Positions 1 to 10,420 of a stretch of 32,000 nt of DNA are shown in pieces. Where the stretch lies: assembly GCF_001735745.1 (NCBI RefSeq), contig NZ_CP017260.1:2670001-2702000 (forward strand), in the 5' to 3' direction. The position numbers were made by a program, and so were the translations under genes. A model generated the notes under the pieces. The model had not been told where the DNA came from and made no database searches. It saw only the letters and a program-made list of their open reading frames with translations. Position 1 is the stretch's first letter; each line of letters opens with the position of its first letter. The stretch comes from Formosa sp. Hel1_33_131. GTDB lineage: Bacteria > Bacteroidota > Bacteroidia > Flavobacteriales > Flavobacteriaceae.

Positions 1-1335
1 CACTTCTTGTACATTATAAATATCGTAGTGTGGTGAATCTGTATGGGTTTCATCAAAGTAATCCACAAAAGTTTTAGTATAAGTGTTTCTTACAAATGCA
101 ATCACTTTTAAATTAGCGACATCATCTACATTAGATGGCAAGTCGAGTCCTGTAAGGGTGCGTGTCAAAACACCTCCAGCCATGGTATTAGAAGCGTCAA
201 TAGCATCTCCTAATTGATCGGTGTAAACTTCTCTTAAAACATCTCTGTGCACATAGTTAGCGCCCTGAGAAGAGCCTGCTTGCGCTGTAGAGGTTGTAAC
301 ATTATCTTCTAATAAATAAATCATTAATCGTACAGCTTCATTTGCTGCTGTGTTAAATCCAACTTTAACTTCTAAATCGAGTTTACCACCGACAAGAGCT
401 GCGTCAACAGCTAAACCAACGGTCGCAGTTTCTGCTAGTTCGGTGTTCACTTGTGACATGCTGTTATAATTCCATCGCGTATCTGGACCGTTCACATAAA
501 CCGTTGGAAAACCAGTCACGTTATAGTAACCAGACCAGAAAGCAGTTTCTGGAATGGTCATTGGCTCACTACCGCCACCACCGGCATGATAACCGACTCC
601 AAATATGTTTGAATTTCCACTCATCGCATTTGCAATAGCGGAGCCCGCAGGTGGACATTGTGGACACCATGTCCCTGTGAAATCTTCTAAAAGTGCTTTC
701 TTAGTAAAAGTTGTAGGAGCTCCAGAAGCTGTAAATGACGAGGTGTCACTAGGGCTAGAAGCAGATACCACATTGATAGTTATTGTATTGGAAGTTAAAC
801 CTTCGTAAGTAGCTTCAAAATTATAAGTGCCATCAGCAGTAAATGGATAGGGATTGGCTGTAGTAACCGTTCCGTTCACAGTCACTTCAGCTTCCGTTGT
901 GACCGTATTATTGAAGTTATCTGTAACAACAAATATGGCAGAGTCTCCATTGTTATAATTATCTTGATCAAAACTTAATTCAATACTCGTTGGAGGAATA
1001 TCAGTCACAGTTATTGTAAGCGTGTTCGATGTTAAATCTTCGTACGTAGCAACCACTTGGTAAGTTCCTTCTAAGTTAAACGAAAAAGGGTTTGAAACAG
1101 AAAGGTTATCTACTTTTAAAGAAGATAAACTTGTTAAGTCAGTAGAGTTGTTGCCTGTTACGATGAACGCTACTTGAGCACTTGTGTTGACTGTATTAGA
1201 AGCTGTTGACAATGTTATTGATGTTACTGCTTCGTTGTCAGACCCAGAACCAGATCCTGTAGGTTCATTACTGTCAGAGCAACTTGTGATTAAAAATCCA
1301 AGAAGGATAAATTTAAAAAGATTCAATGTTTTCAT
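1..1335 (-). CDS. Secreted lipoprotein with two tandem Ig-like repeats and a thioredoxin-like CxxC domain (Omp28-related-like); 3' end lies outside the window
   Basis: Absent from the ORF track because it runs off the window. Manual minus-strand translation from ATG (complement of 1333-1335) gives MKTLNLFKFILLGFLITSCSD... (signal peptide + lipobox ITSC). Two ~75-aa repeats follow, both ending ATYE[DG]LTSNT[LI]TI[TN]V, then ...LEDFTGTWCPQCPPAGS... (complement of ~640-690). The frame stays open to base 1. Confidence 0.65.
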   Translation of the reverse strand, partial: MKTLNLFKFILLGFLITSCSDSNEPTGSGSGSDNEAVTSITLSTASNTVNTSAQVAFIVTGNNSTDLTSLSSLKVDNLSVSNPFSFNLEGTYQVVATYEDLTSNTLTITVTDIPPTSIELSFDQDNYNNGDSAIFVVTDNFNNTVTTEAEVTVNGTVTTANPYPFTADGTYNFEATYEGLTSNTITINVVSASSPSDTSSFTASGAPTTFTKKALLEDFTGTWCPQCPPAGSAIANAMSGNSNIFGVGYHAGGGGSEPMTIPETAFWSGYYNVTGFPTVYVNGPDTRWNYNSMSQVNTELAETATVGLAVDAALVGGKLDLEVKVGFNTAANEAVRLMIYLLEDNVTTSTAQAGSSQGANYVHRDVLREVYTDQLGDAIDASNTMAGGVLTRTLTGLDLPSNVDDVANLKVIAFVRNTYTKTFVDYFDETHTDSPHYDIYNVQEV

Positions 1336-1622
1336 AAGTTTTGTTTAATTAATTATCAAAACAAATAAACAAAATAATAATCATAACTCGTAATTTTTTA
1401 GCTATATAATGACATCTGTTTAAATTGAAAAAATATAATTATGCACTCTAATTCAATTTTAATACTTGAAATAAACACTAATTATCAGCTCAGTTTGACG
1501 ATCTGATTTATTAATAGCATTCACAAATTATTTTTAAAGGAATTTTATTTGAAAGCATTTTACTATCTTTGATATGAATAATATTTACAGATATTATATA
1601 TAAATTTTTTAGAAGGAACTAT

Positions 1623-2369
1623 ATGAAACTATTAGAAGGAAAAACAGCCATCATCACAGGCGCAAGTCGTGGTATTGGAAAAGGAATTGCAACCGTTTTT
1701 GCTCAGCATGGCGCAAATGTTGCGTTTACATACAGTGCATCTGTTGAAGCTGCCAATGCTTTAGAGACAGAATTGCAAGTTTTTGGAACGACCGTTAAAG
1801 GATACCAAAGCAACGCCGCAAATTTTAACGATGCTCAACAATTAGCAGAAGACGTGCTCGCTGATTTTGGAGGGATTGATATTCTCATAAACAACGCCGG
1901 GATTACAAAAGACAATTTACTCATGCGAATGGGTGAAGACGATTTTGATAAAGTGATTGAAGTCAACCTAAAGTCTGTTTTTAACATGACTAAAGCGGTA
2001 CAACGCACGATGTTAAAGCAACGTAAAGGATCTATTATAAACATGAGTTCAGTTGTAGGCGTGAAAGGAAATGCGGGGCAAACCAACTATGCGGCATCTA
2101 AAGCAGGTATTATAGGCTTTTCAAAATCTGTTGCTTTAGAGCTTGGATCAAGAAACATTAGAAGCAATGTGATTGCACCAGGGTTTATTGAAACGGAAAT
2201 GACGGCTAAATTAGACGAAGCAACCGTAGCAGGATGGCGTGCTGGAATTCCTTTAAAACGAGGCGGTTCTCCTGAGGATATTGCCAATGCATGCGTATTT
2301 CTCGCCAGTGATTTATCAAGTTACATCACTGGACAAACGATCAATGTCGATGGTGGCATGCTCACTTAA
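1623..2369 (+). CDS. fabG: 3-oxoacyl-[acyl-carrier-protein] reductase (short-chain dehydrogenase/reductase)
   Basis: 248-aa ORF with SDR signatures TGASRGIGKGIA (TGxxxGIG cofactor site), NNAGIT and catalytic YAASKAG (YxxxK). Length and pattern are typical of FabG. Motif recognition only. Confidence 0.85.
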   Translation: MKLLEGKTAIITGASRGIGKGIATVFAQHGANVAFTYSASVEAANALETELQVFGTTVKGYQSNAANFNDAQQLAEDVLADFGGIDILINNAGITKDNLLMRMGEDDFDKVIEVNLKSVFNMTKAVQRTMLKQRKGSIINMSSVVGVKGNAGQTNYAASKAGIIGFSKSVALELGSRNIRSNVIAPGFIETEMTAKLDEATVAGWRAGIPLKRGGSPEDIANACVFLASDLSSYITGQTINVDGGMLT

Positions 2370-2405
2370 ATCTTATATAAGTAGTTGTTCACAGCTCATT
2401 TAATT

Positions 2406-4436
2406 ATGCCCACACAAACAATTTTATACATTATTGGATCTGGAATTTTAGCGCTGTTCATAGCGCTTTTTCAGTATGTGTATAAAACCAAGCGTCATCG
2501 GCTTCATTGGGGTTTAGCAGGAGTGAGGTTCATTTCGGTTTTTTCATTATTACTTCTTGTCATTAACCCAAAGTTTGAAACAAAAGAAAGTAAAATAATT
2601 AAACCTGTACTTGCAGTTATGGTTGATAATTCTCAATCTGTCAATTACTTAAATAAAGACAGTATTTCTTCTGAGGCGGTTCAAACCCTCTTGAGAAATA
2701 CTGAAATTACTTCTAAATACGATGTTAAAGTATATCCGTTTGGAACACAGATTAATCAAAATTCAACACTCACTTTTGAGGATACACAAACAAACATTAC
2801 AAAGAGCCTCCAAGACATTGAGTCTCTGTATGATTCTCAATTTGCGCCCGTTGTTTTAATTTCCGATGGGAATCAAACTATTGGTGACGCTTATGAATTT
2901 GCTTCTAAACAGTTTGAACAAGTTGTGTTTCCTCTTATATTGGGGGACAGTATTTACCATACGGATTTGAAAATTCAACAAATTAACGTCAATAAATACA
3001 CCTATCTGAATAATAAATTCCCTGTTGAAATTATCGCTTCTTACACTGGAAACACTGCTGTGCAGTCAGAACTAAGAATTGAATCTCGCGGGCGGATTAT
3101 TCATAAAGAACGTGTACAGTTCTCAGCCACAAATAATTCAATTATCCTCACACCTAAGATTGTATCTACTAAGGTAGGGTTACAGCGGTATCAGGTCAGT
3201 TTGTCTCCTGTTGAAAACGAAAAAAATACGGTCAACAATAAAAAATCCTTTGCAATAGAAACGATTGACGAATACACGAATATTGCGTTAGTAACCTCTT
3301 TATCCCATCCCGATTTAGGCGCTTTAAAAGCTGCAATTGAAACCAACAAACAGCGACTTGTTAAAATCTGTTCTCCAATAGAGTATTTAGAAACGAATGA
3401 CAACTATGGTCTAGCAATTTTATACCAACCCAATCAAAGTTTTAAAGCCGTTTTTGACCTCATTGAAAAAAGAAAGTTAAATACCTTTATCATAGGAGGG
3501 AGCCAAACACAATGGGCATTTTTAAATGCAATACAATCAGACTTCAAACAAGAGGTTACAGGTCAATATGAAAATTATCAAGGAGTTGTCAATCCAAATT
3601 TTAATAATTTTTCCGTAGATGATTTTATGTTTAATACCTATCCGCCCTTAACCGCTGAATTTGGAAGCATCGCACTAAATGTTTCTCACGAAACTTTGTT
3701 GTTCAAATCGATTAATGGTTCACCTACACAAGAACCTTTGTGGTTTACTTTCGAAAACAATTCTCAAAGAACAGCTGTACTCTTAGCTGAAAACCTGTGG
3801 AAATGGCGCATGCATTCCTTCCGTGAAGATCAAAATTTTAAATCATTTGATTCGTTTATGGCGAAACTGATTCAGTATTTAAACATCAAAAACCAAAATA
3901 CACGACTGCTTGTCAACTATGAATCTATTTATGATGGGAGTCAACCCTTAGAAATATCAGCACAATTTTTTAATAAAAATTATGAGCCAAACCGCAATGC
4001 ACAGTTAGTCATCAAGCTTAAAAACAAAGCTACAGGGCAACAATTAGAGTATCCAATGATTGCGGTTCAAAACAGTTACAACATAAATCTAAACGCTTTA
4101 GAGCCTGGGAATTATTCTTTTGAGGTGCGTGCCAACGGCGGTACACATCGTTCGTTTGGAGAAATTGAAATTTTAGATTTTAACATCGAACAACAATTTA
4201 TAAATGCCAATGTTCAGAAACTCGAACAACTTGCCATTCACACAGATGGGGCAGCCTTTTTTGATACTCAAATCGACGGATTAATGTCTGAATTAATTTC
4301 TGACAATCGTTTTTTAAGTATTCAGAAATTCACTAAAAAAACAGTACCTTTGATCGGTATAAAATTCTGGTTGTTATTACTTTTATCAAGTCTAGCAATC
4401 GAATGGTTCATAAGAAAATACAACGGACTTATTTAA
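2406..4436 (+). CDS. Membrane protein with VWA-like (MIDAS DxSxS) domain, BatA/BatB-like architecture; function unknown
   Basis: The track ORF starts at TTG 2385; the first ATG is 2406 (MPTQTILY...). Two N-terminal hydrophobic helices are followed by VMVDNSQSV (DxSxS), a long extracytoplasmic region and a C-terminal hydrophobic helix FWLLLLLSSLAIEWF. Confidence 0.55.
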   Translation: MPTQTILYIIGSGILALFIALFQYVYKTKRHRLHWGLAGVRFISVFSLLLLVINPKFETKESKIIKPVLAVMVDNSQSVNYLNKDSISSEAVQTLLRNTEITSKYDVKVYPFGTQINQNSTLTFEDTQTNITKSLQDIESLYDSQFAPVVLISDGNQTIGDAYEFASKQFEQVVFPLILGDSIYHTDLKIQQINVNKYTYLNNKFPVEIIASYTGNTAVQSELRIESRGRIIHKERVQFSATNNSIILTPKIVSTKVGLQRYQVSLSPVENEKNTVNNKKSFAIETIDEYTNIALVTSLSHPDLGALKAAIETNKQRLVKICSPIEYLETNDNYGLAILYQPNQSFKAVFDLIEKRKLNTFIIGGSQTQWAFLNAIQSDFKQEVTGQYENYQGVVNPNFNNFSVDDFMFNTYPPLTAEFGSIALNVSHETLLFKSINGSPTQEPLWFTFENNSQRTAVLLAENLWKWRMHSFREDQNFKSFDSFMAKLIQYLNIKNQNTRLLVNYESIYDGSQPLEISAQFFNKNYEPNRNAQLVIKLKNKATGQQLEYPMIAVQNSYNINLNALEPGNYSFEVRANGGTHRSFGEIEILDFNIEQQFINANVQKLEQLAIHTDGAAFFDTQIDGLMSELISDNRFLSIQKFTKKTVPLIGIKFWLLLLLSSLAIEWFIRKYNGLI

Positions 4437-4453
4437 TAATTTAAAACAAAAAA

Positions 4454-5266
4454 ATGCAAAAATTTCCTAAAATCGGACTCCCAGTTATCTTTATAATTGG
4501 TGCTATTATTCTTTTAATATCAAAATCTGCCGTGACGATCGGCCCTGGTGAAGGAGGCGTGTTATTTGAGCGTTTCGGAGATGGAATCCAAACGGACAAA
4601 ACGTATGGTGAAGGCTTTCAAATTGTAGCGCCTTGGAACAGTATGTTAATCCATAAAGTAAGACAACAATCCATCTCTGATGAAATGAACGTTTTATCTG
4701 TAAACGGATTGGAAGTTAAAGTAAACGGAACGATATGGTATGAGCCAGAATTCGAAAACCTTGGAAGCCTTATCAAAACAAAAGGTGAGGATTATGAGAA
4801 TGAACTTTTAGGCCCTGCGGTCAATGCAGCAGCAAGAAGTGTTGTAGGTCGTTATACGCCAGAACAATTGTATTCTAGTAAGCGTGATGTCATCGAACAA
4901 GAAATTCTTGATGAAGTCGTAAACTTATTAGACGGTCAATTTTTAAATGTGAAGCGTGTTTTAGTAGAAGATGTAAAACTTCCAAACACCATCAAAAATG
5001 CGATTGAGAGTAAATTAAAGCAAGAGCAAGAATCTTTAGAATATGAATTTAGATTAGTGACTGCAGATAAAGAGGCTCAAAAAGTACGTATTGAAGCGCA
5101 AGGTAAAGCGGATGCAAACAAAATTTTAAGTGCATCTCTAAACGATCGCATCTTACAAGATAAAGGAATTGAAGCGACTGTAAAGTTGTCTGAATCTCCA
5201 AACAGTAAAGTGATTGTCATTGGCTCTGGAAAAAATGGATTGCCAATTATTTTAGGGAATCAGTAA
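4454..5266 (+). CDS. SPFH/band-7 (prohibitin/HflC-like) membrane protein
   Basis: 270-aa ORF with an N-terminal anchor (IGLPVIFIIGAIILLI) and an SPFH-like core, then a charged coiled-coil (EQESLEYEFRLVTADKEAQKVRIEAQGKADANK). Confidence 0.8.
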   Translation: MQKFPKIGLPVIFIIGAIILLISKSAVTIGPGEGGVLFERFGDGIQTDKTYGEGFQIVAPWNSMLIHKVRQQSISDEMNVLSVNGLEVKVNGTIWYEPEFENLGSLIKTKGEDYENELLGPAVNAAARSVVGRYTPEQLYSSKRDVIEQEILDEVVNLLDGQFLNVKRVLVEDVKLPNTIKNAIESKLKQEQESLEYEFRLVTADKEAQKVRIEAQGKADANKILSASLNDRILQDKGIEATVKLSESPNSKVIVIGSGKNGLPIILGNQ

Positions 5267-5380
5267 ATTTTAATTAATAGCTAGTTTTGTACTCGCTATT
5301 TTTATCAAATCAATAATTCTTAAAAATAAGTTAGGTTTATACTTTTTATTTTTTGAATATTTGTTTTCAAAATAATTACA

Positions 5381-5440
5381 ATGAATTCATATTTAGTTAT
5401 CCATCATCATCATATTTTAACTGGCCATCAAGCGAGGTAA
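5381..5440 (+). CDS. his operon leader peptide (19 codons, MNSYLVIHHHHILTGHQAR)
   Basis: ATG 5381, TAA 5438-5440. Four consecutive CAT codons lie at 5402-5413, with a fifth CAT at 5426-5428. It sits directly upstream of a terminator hairpin and hisG. It is in a different frame from the spurious 87-aa track ORF (5353..5616). Confidence 0.65.
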   Translation: MNSYLVIHHHHILTGHQAR

Positions 5441-5472
5441 AGTTGTGTAGGATACTATTTAAACTATATACG

Positions 5473-5508
5473 GACCCGTTTGAGCAATCAAGCGGGTCTT
5501 TTTTTTTT
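5473..5508 (+). terminator. Intrinsic terminator acting as his attenuator
   Basis: The 11-bp stem GACCCGTTTGA (5473-5483) / TCAAGCGGGTC (5488-5498) has one G-U pair and a GCAA loop. Ten T follow (5499-5508). It ends 16 nt before the hisG ATG. Confidence 0.8.
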
Positions 5509-5524
5509 ACTAAATTAATAAAGA

Positions 5525-6382
5525 ATGAATACTTTAAAAATTGCAGTGCAAAAGTCAGGACGTCTCAAAGACGATTCTATGAAACTTTTGAAAGATATTG
5601 GAATCTCTATCGATAATGGAAAAGACCAACTCAAAGCCACGGCGACAAATTTCCCAGTCGAAGTTTTTTACCTGCGGAATGGCGATATTCCTCAATACTT
5701 AAAAGATGGGGTTGTAGATGCCGCTATTATTGGAAACAATGTTCTTGTCGAAAAAGGAAACTCCATAGAATATATTTCGAAGTTAGGATTTTCAAAATGC
5801 AGAGTTTCAATTGCCGTTCCCAAAAACATGGAATACAAATCACTCGAAGATTTGAACGGCAAACAAATTGCCACCTCTTATCCCAATACCGTCAATGCCT
5901 TTTTAGAAAAAAACAATATTAGAGCGAGCATCCATGTCATTAATGGCTCTGTTGAAATTGCACCCAATATCGGACTGGCAGAAGCCATCGTTGATATCGT
6001 CTCTACAGGAGGCACCTTGTTTAAAAACAATTTGGTTGAGAAAGAAGTGATTCTGAAATCAGAAGCCGTTTTGGCAGTCTCTCCAACAATTTCAGCGCCT
6101 CAAAAAGCGATTTTAGATAAAATAAAATTTCGTATCGAAGCAGTGCTTAAGGGACAGTCCTCAAAGTATGTATTGCTCAATGCACCAAATGATAGTTTGG
6201 AAGCCATTATCAATCTCTTACCGGGAATGAAAAGTCCAACCGTACTTCCATTAGCAGAATCGGGGTGGAGCTCCGTGCACAGTGTGATTGATAAGAACCA
6301 ATTTTGGGACATTATAGACGATTTAAAAGCCTTAGGTGCGCAAGGCATCCTTATATGTCCAATCGAAAAAATGGTACTTTAA
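5525..6382 (+). CDS. hisG: ATP phosphoribosyltransferase (long form)
   Basis: 285-aa ORF (MNTLKIAVQKSGRL..., ...DIVSTGGTL...). It is the first gene after the attenuator, and its stop overlaps the hisD start (TAATG, 6380-6384). Confidence 0.92.
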   Translation: MNTLKIAVQKSGRLKDDSMKLLKDIGISIDNGKDQLKATATNFPVEVFYLRNGDIPQYLKDGVVDAAIIGNNVLVEKGNSIEYISKLGFSKCRVSIAVPKNMEYKSLEDLNGKQIATSYPNTVNAFLEKNNIRASIHVINGSVEIAPNIGLAEAIVDIVSTGGTLFKNNLVEKEVILKSEAVLAVSPTISAPQKAILDKIKFRIEAVLKGQSSKYVLLNAPNDSLEAIINLLPGMKSPTVLPLAESGWSSVHSVIDKNQFWDIIDDLKALGAQGILICPIEKMVL

Positions 6383-7680
6383 TGGAGACTCTTATTAAAT
6401 ATCCTGCTCGATCCACTTGGGAAACCGTCCTGCAACGTCCCACACAATCTGTGGAAGCCATTGAAGCCATTGTAAATGAGGTCTTTTTAGCAGTCAAACA
6501 AGAAGGTGATACGGCGATTGCCCAGTACACAAAACGATTTGATAAGGTGGATTTAAAATCTCTATTTGTTACACAAGAAGAAGTTGAAACCGCATCAAAT
6601 TTAGTTTCAGAAGATTTAAAAGCTGCCATTCAACAAGCCAAGTCTAATATTGAAGTCTTTCACAACGCCCAAAAAACAGCGAAGGTGGATGTAGAAACAC
6701 AACCAGGCGTTCGTTGTTGGCAAGAAAAACGCCCGATAGAAACCGTAGGTTTGTACATTCCTGGTGGGACAGCGCCCTTGTTTTCAACAGTATTGATGCT
6801 TGCCGTTCCAGCAACCATTGCGGGCTGTAAAAATAGTATTCTATGTACCCCTCCAAATTCAGAAGGAGCGATTGCCAATGAAATCCTTTATACAGCAGCT
6901 TTGTGTGGAATTACAACAATTATCAAAGTAGGAGGGATTCAAGCCATTGCAGGATTGACCTTTGGAACTTTGAGTATTCCTAAAGTATCTAAAATATTCG
7001 GTCCTGGAAATCAATATGTCACTGTTGCAAAGCAATTGGCTACCAAGTTTGGTGTGGCAATCGATATGCCTGCTGGCCCTAGTGAACTTCTGGTTGTGGC
7101 AGATAAAAATGCCAACCCTGCTTTTATCGCTTCGGATTTATTAAGTCAAGCAGAACACGGCGTTGACAGTCAAGTTGTTTTAGTGTCAACTGATGAAAAA
7201 CTACTTTTAGAAACTGCGAAACAAATTAGCATTCAAACGCAACTTTTAGATCGCAAATCGATTCTAGAAAAAGCCCTTGAAAACAAAAAGTTGATTTTAG
7301 TGGACTCCGATCAAGAAGCGGTTGATTTAATTAATTTTTACGGACCTGAACATTATATCATTTGTACAGAAAACAATTCTTTTTTTGTAGAGAATATCAT
7401 CAATGCAGGTTCTGTGTTTATCGGGAAATACACCCCCGAAAGTGCTGGTGATTATGCCTCTGGAACCAACCACACGCTGCCAACTAATGGCTATGCAAAA
7501 GCATACTCAGGCGTGAATTTAGACAGCTTTTTGAAAAACATTAGCTTTCAAGAAATCACCAAAGAAGGCCTAGTAAACATCGGAAACACCATCGAACTTA
7601 TGGCGGAAGCTGAAGGATTGATGGCACACAAAAATGCGGTCACAATTCGATTAAAATCTATAGAAGATGGATCTAAATAA
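6382..7680 (+). CDS. hisD: Histidinol dehydrogenase
   Basis: The track ORF starts at an upstream TTG (6304) inside hisG; I place the start at ATG 6382 (METLIKYP...). Pattern includes ...SQAEHGVDSQ... and ...GDYASGTNHTLPT... Confidence 0.92.
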   Translation: METLIKYPARSTWETVLQRPTQSVEAIEAIVNEVFLAVKQEGDTAIAQYTKRFDKVDLKSLFVTQEEVETASNLVSEDLKAAIQQAKSNIEVFHNAQKTAKVDVETQPGVRCWQEKRPIETVGLYIPGGTAPLFSTVLMLAVPATIAGCKNSILCTPPNSEGAIANEILYTAALCGITTIIKVGGIQAIAGLTFGTLSIPKVSKIFGPGNQYVTVAKQLATKFGVAIDMPAGPSELLVVADKNANPAFIASDLLSQAEHGVDSQVVLVSTDEKLLLETAKQISIQTQLLDRKSILEKALENKKLILVDSDQEAVDLINFYGPEHYIICTENNSFFVENIINAGSVFIGKYTPESAGDYASGTNHTLPTNGYAKAYSGVNLDSFLKNISFQEITKEGLVNIGNTIELMAEAEGLMAHKNAVTIRLKSIEDGSK

Positions 7681-8704
7681 ATTAGTTCGAAAGAATATAC
7701 AACAGATGAAACCCTATTCGTCTGCGCGCGATGAATATAAAGACTTGCAAACGGATATGGTATTTTTGGATGCCAATGAAAACCCTTTTGACAGTTCTTT
7801 AAATCGGTATCCAGATCCACAGCAAACGGCTTTAAAAGCTATCATTTCAAAACAAAAAGAAGTGGCGTCAGATCAAATACTTTTGGGGAATGGCAGCGAC
7901 GAAGTCTTGGATTTAATTTTCAGAGCGTTTTGTGAACCCAATCAAGACAGTATTCTCACATTGCCTCCGACTTATGGGATGTACGAAGTCTTGGCAAATT
8001 TGAATGCCATTGAGAATATACAAGTGCCTTTAAACTCTGATTTTCAAATAGAGGTCGATTCGATTCTAGAACATATAAAACCAACTACTAAACTATTGTT
8101 CATCTGTTCGCCGAACAATCCTTCTGGAAACACGGTCGATCGTACCGCAGTTGAACGTCTTTTGAAAGACTTTAAAGGGCTGGTTGTCATAGATGAAGCC
8201 TATATCGATTTTACAGAAGAAAGCAGTTGGATCCAATGGCTGAATGTGTATCCAAATTTAATCGTCACACAAACCCTTTCTAAAGCCTATGGGTTGGCGG
8301 GGATTCGGTTGGGGATTTGTTATGCCTCCAAAGAAATTATTGCGGTATTAAATAAAATAAAACCCCCGTATAACATCAATACGCTTACGCAGGAAGCAGC
8401 ATTGAAAGCACTCCATAATAAGGAAGTGGTTTCTGATCAAATTGCTTCCATTATAAACGAACGCAACAGATTAAACAAAGCCTTAGAAACTTATCCCTTT
8501 ATTAAAAAGCTATACCCTTCAGAAGCAAATTTTATTTTAATCAAAGTAGATGATGCCAACAAACGTTACGATGAATTGATTAAAAATGGGATCGTTGTCA
8601 GAAATAGAAGCTCTCAATCGCATTGTGAAAATTGCTTAAGAATCACGGTGGGGACACCTTCTGAAAACACACAATTATTAACCTTATTAAAGACTCTAAA
8701 ATGA
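7667..8704 (+). CDS. hisC: Histidinol-phosphate aminotransferase
   Basis: 345 aa with PLP-lysine motif [14 protein letters not shown]. Overlaps hisD by 14 nt. Confidence 0.9.
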   Translation: MDLNKLVRKNIQQMKPYSSARDEYKDLQTDMVFLDANENPFDSSLNRYPDPQQTALKAIISKQKEVASDQILLGNGSDEVLDLIFRAFCEPNQDSILTLPPTYGMYEVLANLNAIENIQVPLNSDFQIEVDSILEHIKPTTKLLFICSPNNPSGNTVDRTAVERLLKDFKGLVVIDEAYIDFTEESSWIQWLNVYPNLIVTQTLSKAYGLAGIRLGICYASKEIIAVLNKIKPPYNINTLTQEAALKALHNKEVVSDQIASIINERNRLNKALETYPFIKKLYPSEANFILIKVDDANKRYDELIKNGIVVRNRSSQSHCENCLRITVGTPSENTQLLTLLKTLK

Positions 8705-9837
8705 AGCCTGTATTATTTATAGATCGCGATGGAACGATCATCCGCGAACCTGCGGACGAACAAATTGATTCATTTGAGAAATTAGAATTCTACCCTGATG
8801 TATTTTCTAATTTAAAAAAAATCTGTCAAGAATTGGATTTTGAAATTGTCATGATTACCAATCAAGATGGTTTGGGAACGGAAATATACCCAGAAAATAC
8901 ATTTTGGCCGGTTCATAATTTCATCCTCGATACCTTTAAAAACGAAGGCATCGTTTTTGAAAAACAATTCATCGATCGTACGTTTGCTAAAGACAATGCA
9001 CCAACCCGAAAACCGCAAACAGGTTTATTAACGGAGTATTTTACCGAAGCTTACGATTTAGAGAATTCTTATGTAATTGGCGACCGTTTAACAGATGTAG
9101 AACTGGCGAAAAACTTAGGGTGTAAAGGCATTTTTATCAACGATGAAACACATTTAGGTGAAAATGAAATCTCCGTCAAACAAGAGGAGCTAACTCCTTT
9201 TATCGCCTTAGAAACAAACCGTTGGGACGCCATTTATGAATTCCTTAAAGCGAAGCAACGCGTAGAGTCTATTGTGAGAAACACCAATGAAACGAAGATT
9301 GCGATCACTTTAAATTTAGACGGCACAGGACAAAGTCAGATTGATACTGGAATTGCCTTTTTTGACCACATGTTAGACCAAATCGCACGTCATGGACAAA
9401 TGGATTTAGACATCAAAGTGAAAGGCGATTTAGAAGTTGATGAACATCATACCATCGAAGATACGGCGATTGCACTCGGGAATTTATTTCACACCGCCTT
9501 GGGCTCAAAATTAGGTATTGAACGCTATGGCTTTTGCTTGCCAATGGACGATTGTTTGGCACAAGTTGCCATTGATTTTGGAGGTAGAAACTGGTTGGTT
9601 TGGGAAGCTGATTTTAAACGTGAATACGTCGGTAAAATGCCTACGGAAATGTTTATGCACTTCTTTAAATCCTTTACGGATGGGGCTAAGTGCAATTTAA
9701 ACATCAAAGCTGATGGGAGTAATGAACATCACAAAATAGAGGCGATTTTTAAGGCGTTTGCAAAAGCGATCAAAATGTCCGTCAAACGCGATGTGAATAA
9801 AATGATTTTACCATCAACCAAAGGAACTTTAGAATAA
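8701..9837 (+). CDS. hisB: Bifunctional histidinol-phosphatase / imidazoleglycerol-phosphate dehydratase
   Basis: 378-aa fusion. The N-terminal HAD phosphatase carries FIDRDGTI. The C-terminal IGPD carries [14 protein letters not shown] and [14 protein letters not shown] overlap with hisC. Confidence 0.92.
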   Translation: MKPVLFIDRDGTIIREPADEQIDSFEKLEFYPDVFSNLKKICQELDFEIVMITNQDGLGTEIYPENTFWPVHNFILDTFKNEGIVFEKQFIDRTFAKDNAPTRKPQTGLLTEYFTEAYDLENSYVIGDRLTDVELAKNLGCKGIFINDETHLGENEISVKQEELTPFIALETNRWDAIYEFLKAKQRVESIVRNTNETKIAITLNLDGTGQSQIDTGIAFFDHMLDQIARHGQMDLDIKVKGDLEVDEHHTIEDTAIALGNLFHTALGSKLGIERYGFCLPMDDCLAQVAIDFGGRNWLVWEADFKREYVGKMPTEMFMHFFKSFTDGAKCNLNIKADGSNEHHKIEAIFKAFAKAIKMSVKRDVNKMILPSTKGTLE

Positions 9838-10419
9838 ATGAACGTTATAATAATCGATTACGGAGCAGGAAATATTCAGAGCATTCAATTTGCGTTTCAG
9901 CGTTTGGGAGTTCATGCCAAGCTCTCGAATTCAGTAGAGGAAATTCAAAGAGCGGATAAGGTCATTTTTCCAGGGGTTGGCGAAGCCAGTCAGGCAATGG
10001 AAATGTTGAAGAAATCAAAGTTAGACCTCTTAATTCCAACTCTCAAACAAGAGGTGTTGGGGATTTGTTTGGGAATGCAATTGTTATGCAATTATTCCGA
10101 AGAAGGCGATACCAAAGGGCTCGGGGTTTTTGATGTGAATGTCAAACACTTTTCAAATGCGGTTAAAGTCCCGCATATGGGATGGAACACGATTCAAAAC
10201 CTCCAATCGGATTTATTGAAAACCATCCCTGAAAACAGCTATATGTACTCTGTACATAGTTATTATGCTGATCTAGGACCGCAAACCATTGCGCGTTCTG
10301 TGTATGAACATGAATTTTCAGCGGCTTTGCAATCTGATAATTTTTATGGGGTTCAATTTCATCCTGAAAAAAGCAGTAAAGACGGGACTCAATTATTACA
10401 AAACTTTTTAAACTTATAG
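9838..10419 (+). CDS. hisH: Imidazole glycerol phosphate synthase, glutamine amidotransferase subunit
   Basis: 193 aa class-I amidotransferase with nucleophile motif GICLGMQ and C-terminal FHPEKS. Starts immediately after the hisB stop. Confidence 0.9.
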   Translation: MNVIIIDYGAGNIQSIQFAFQRLGVHAKLSNSVEEIQRADKVIFPGVGEASQAMEMLKKSKLDLLIPTLKQEVLGICLGMQLLCNYSEEGDTKGLGVFDVNVKHFSNAVKVPHMGWNTIQNLQSDLLKTIPENSYMYSVHSYYADLGPQTIARSVYEHEFSAALQSDNFYGVQFHPEKSSKDGTQLLQNFLNL

Positions 10420-10420
10420 T

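Noticed and set aside
453-808. Two short plus-strand ORFs (61 and 67 aa)
   Set aside because: They are antisense to the long open minus-strand lipoprotein frame that continues to the window edge.
5353-5616. 87-aa TTG-start ORF across the his leader region
   Set aside because: It runs through the terminator hairpin and T-run and into hisG in another frame, and its composition is F/S/Y-rich AT-frame noise. The 19-codon His-rich ORF in a different frame explains the region better.
6304-6381. N-terminal extension of hisD from a TTG start
   Set aside because: The extension lies inside the 3' end of hisG and adds non-conserved-looking residues. ATG 6382 overlaps the hisG stop (TAATG) and gives a normal HisD N-terminus.
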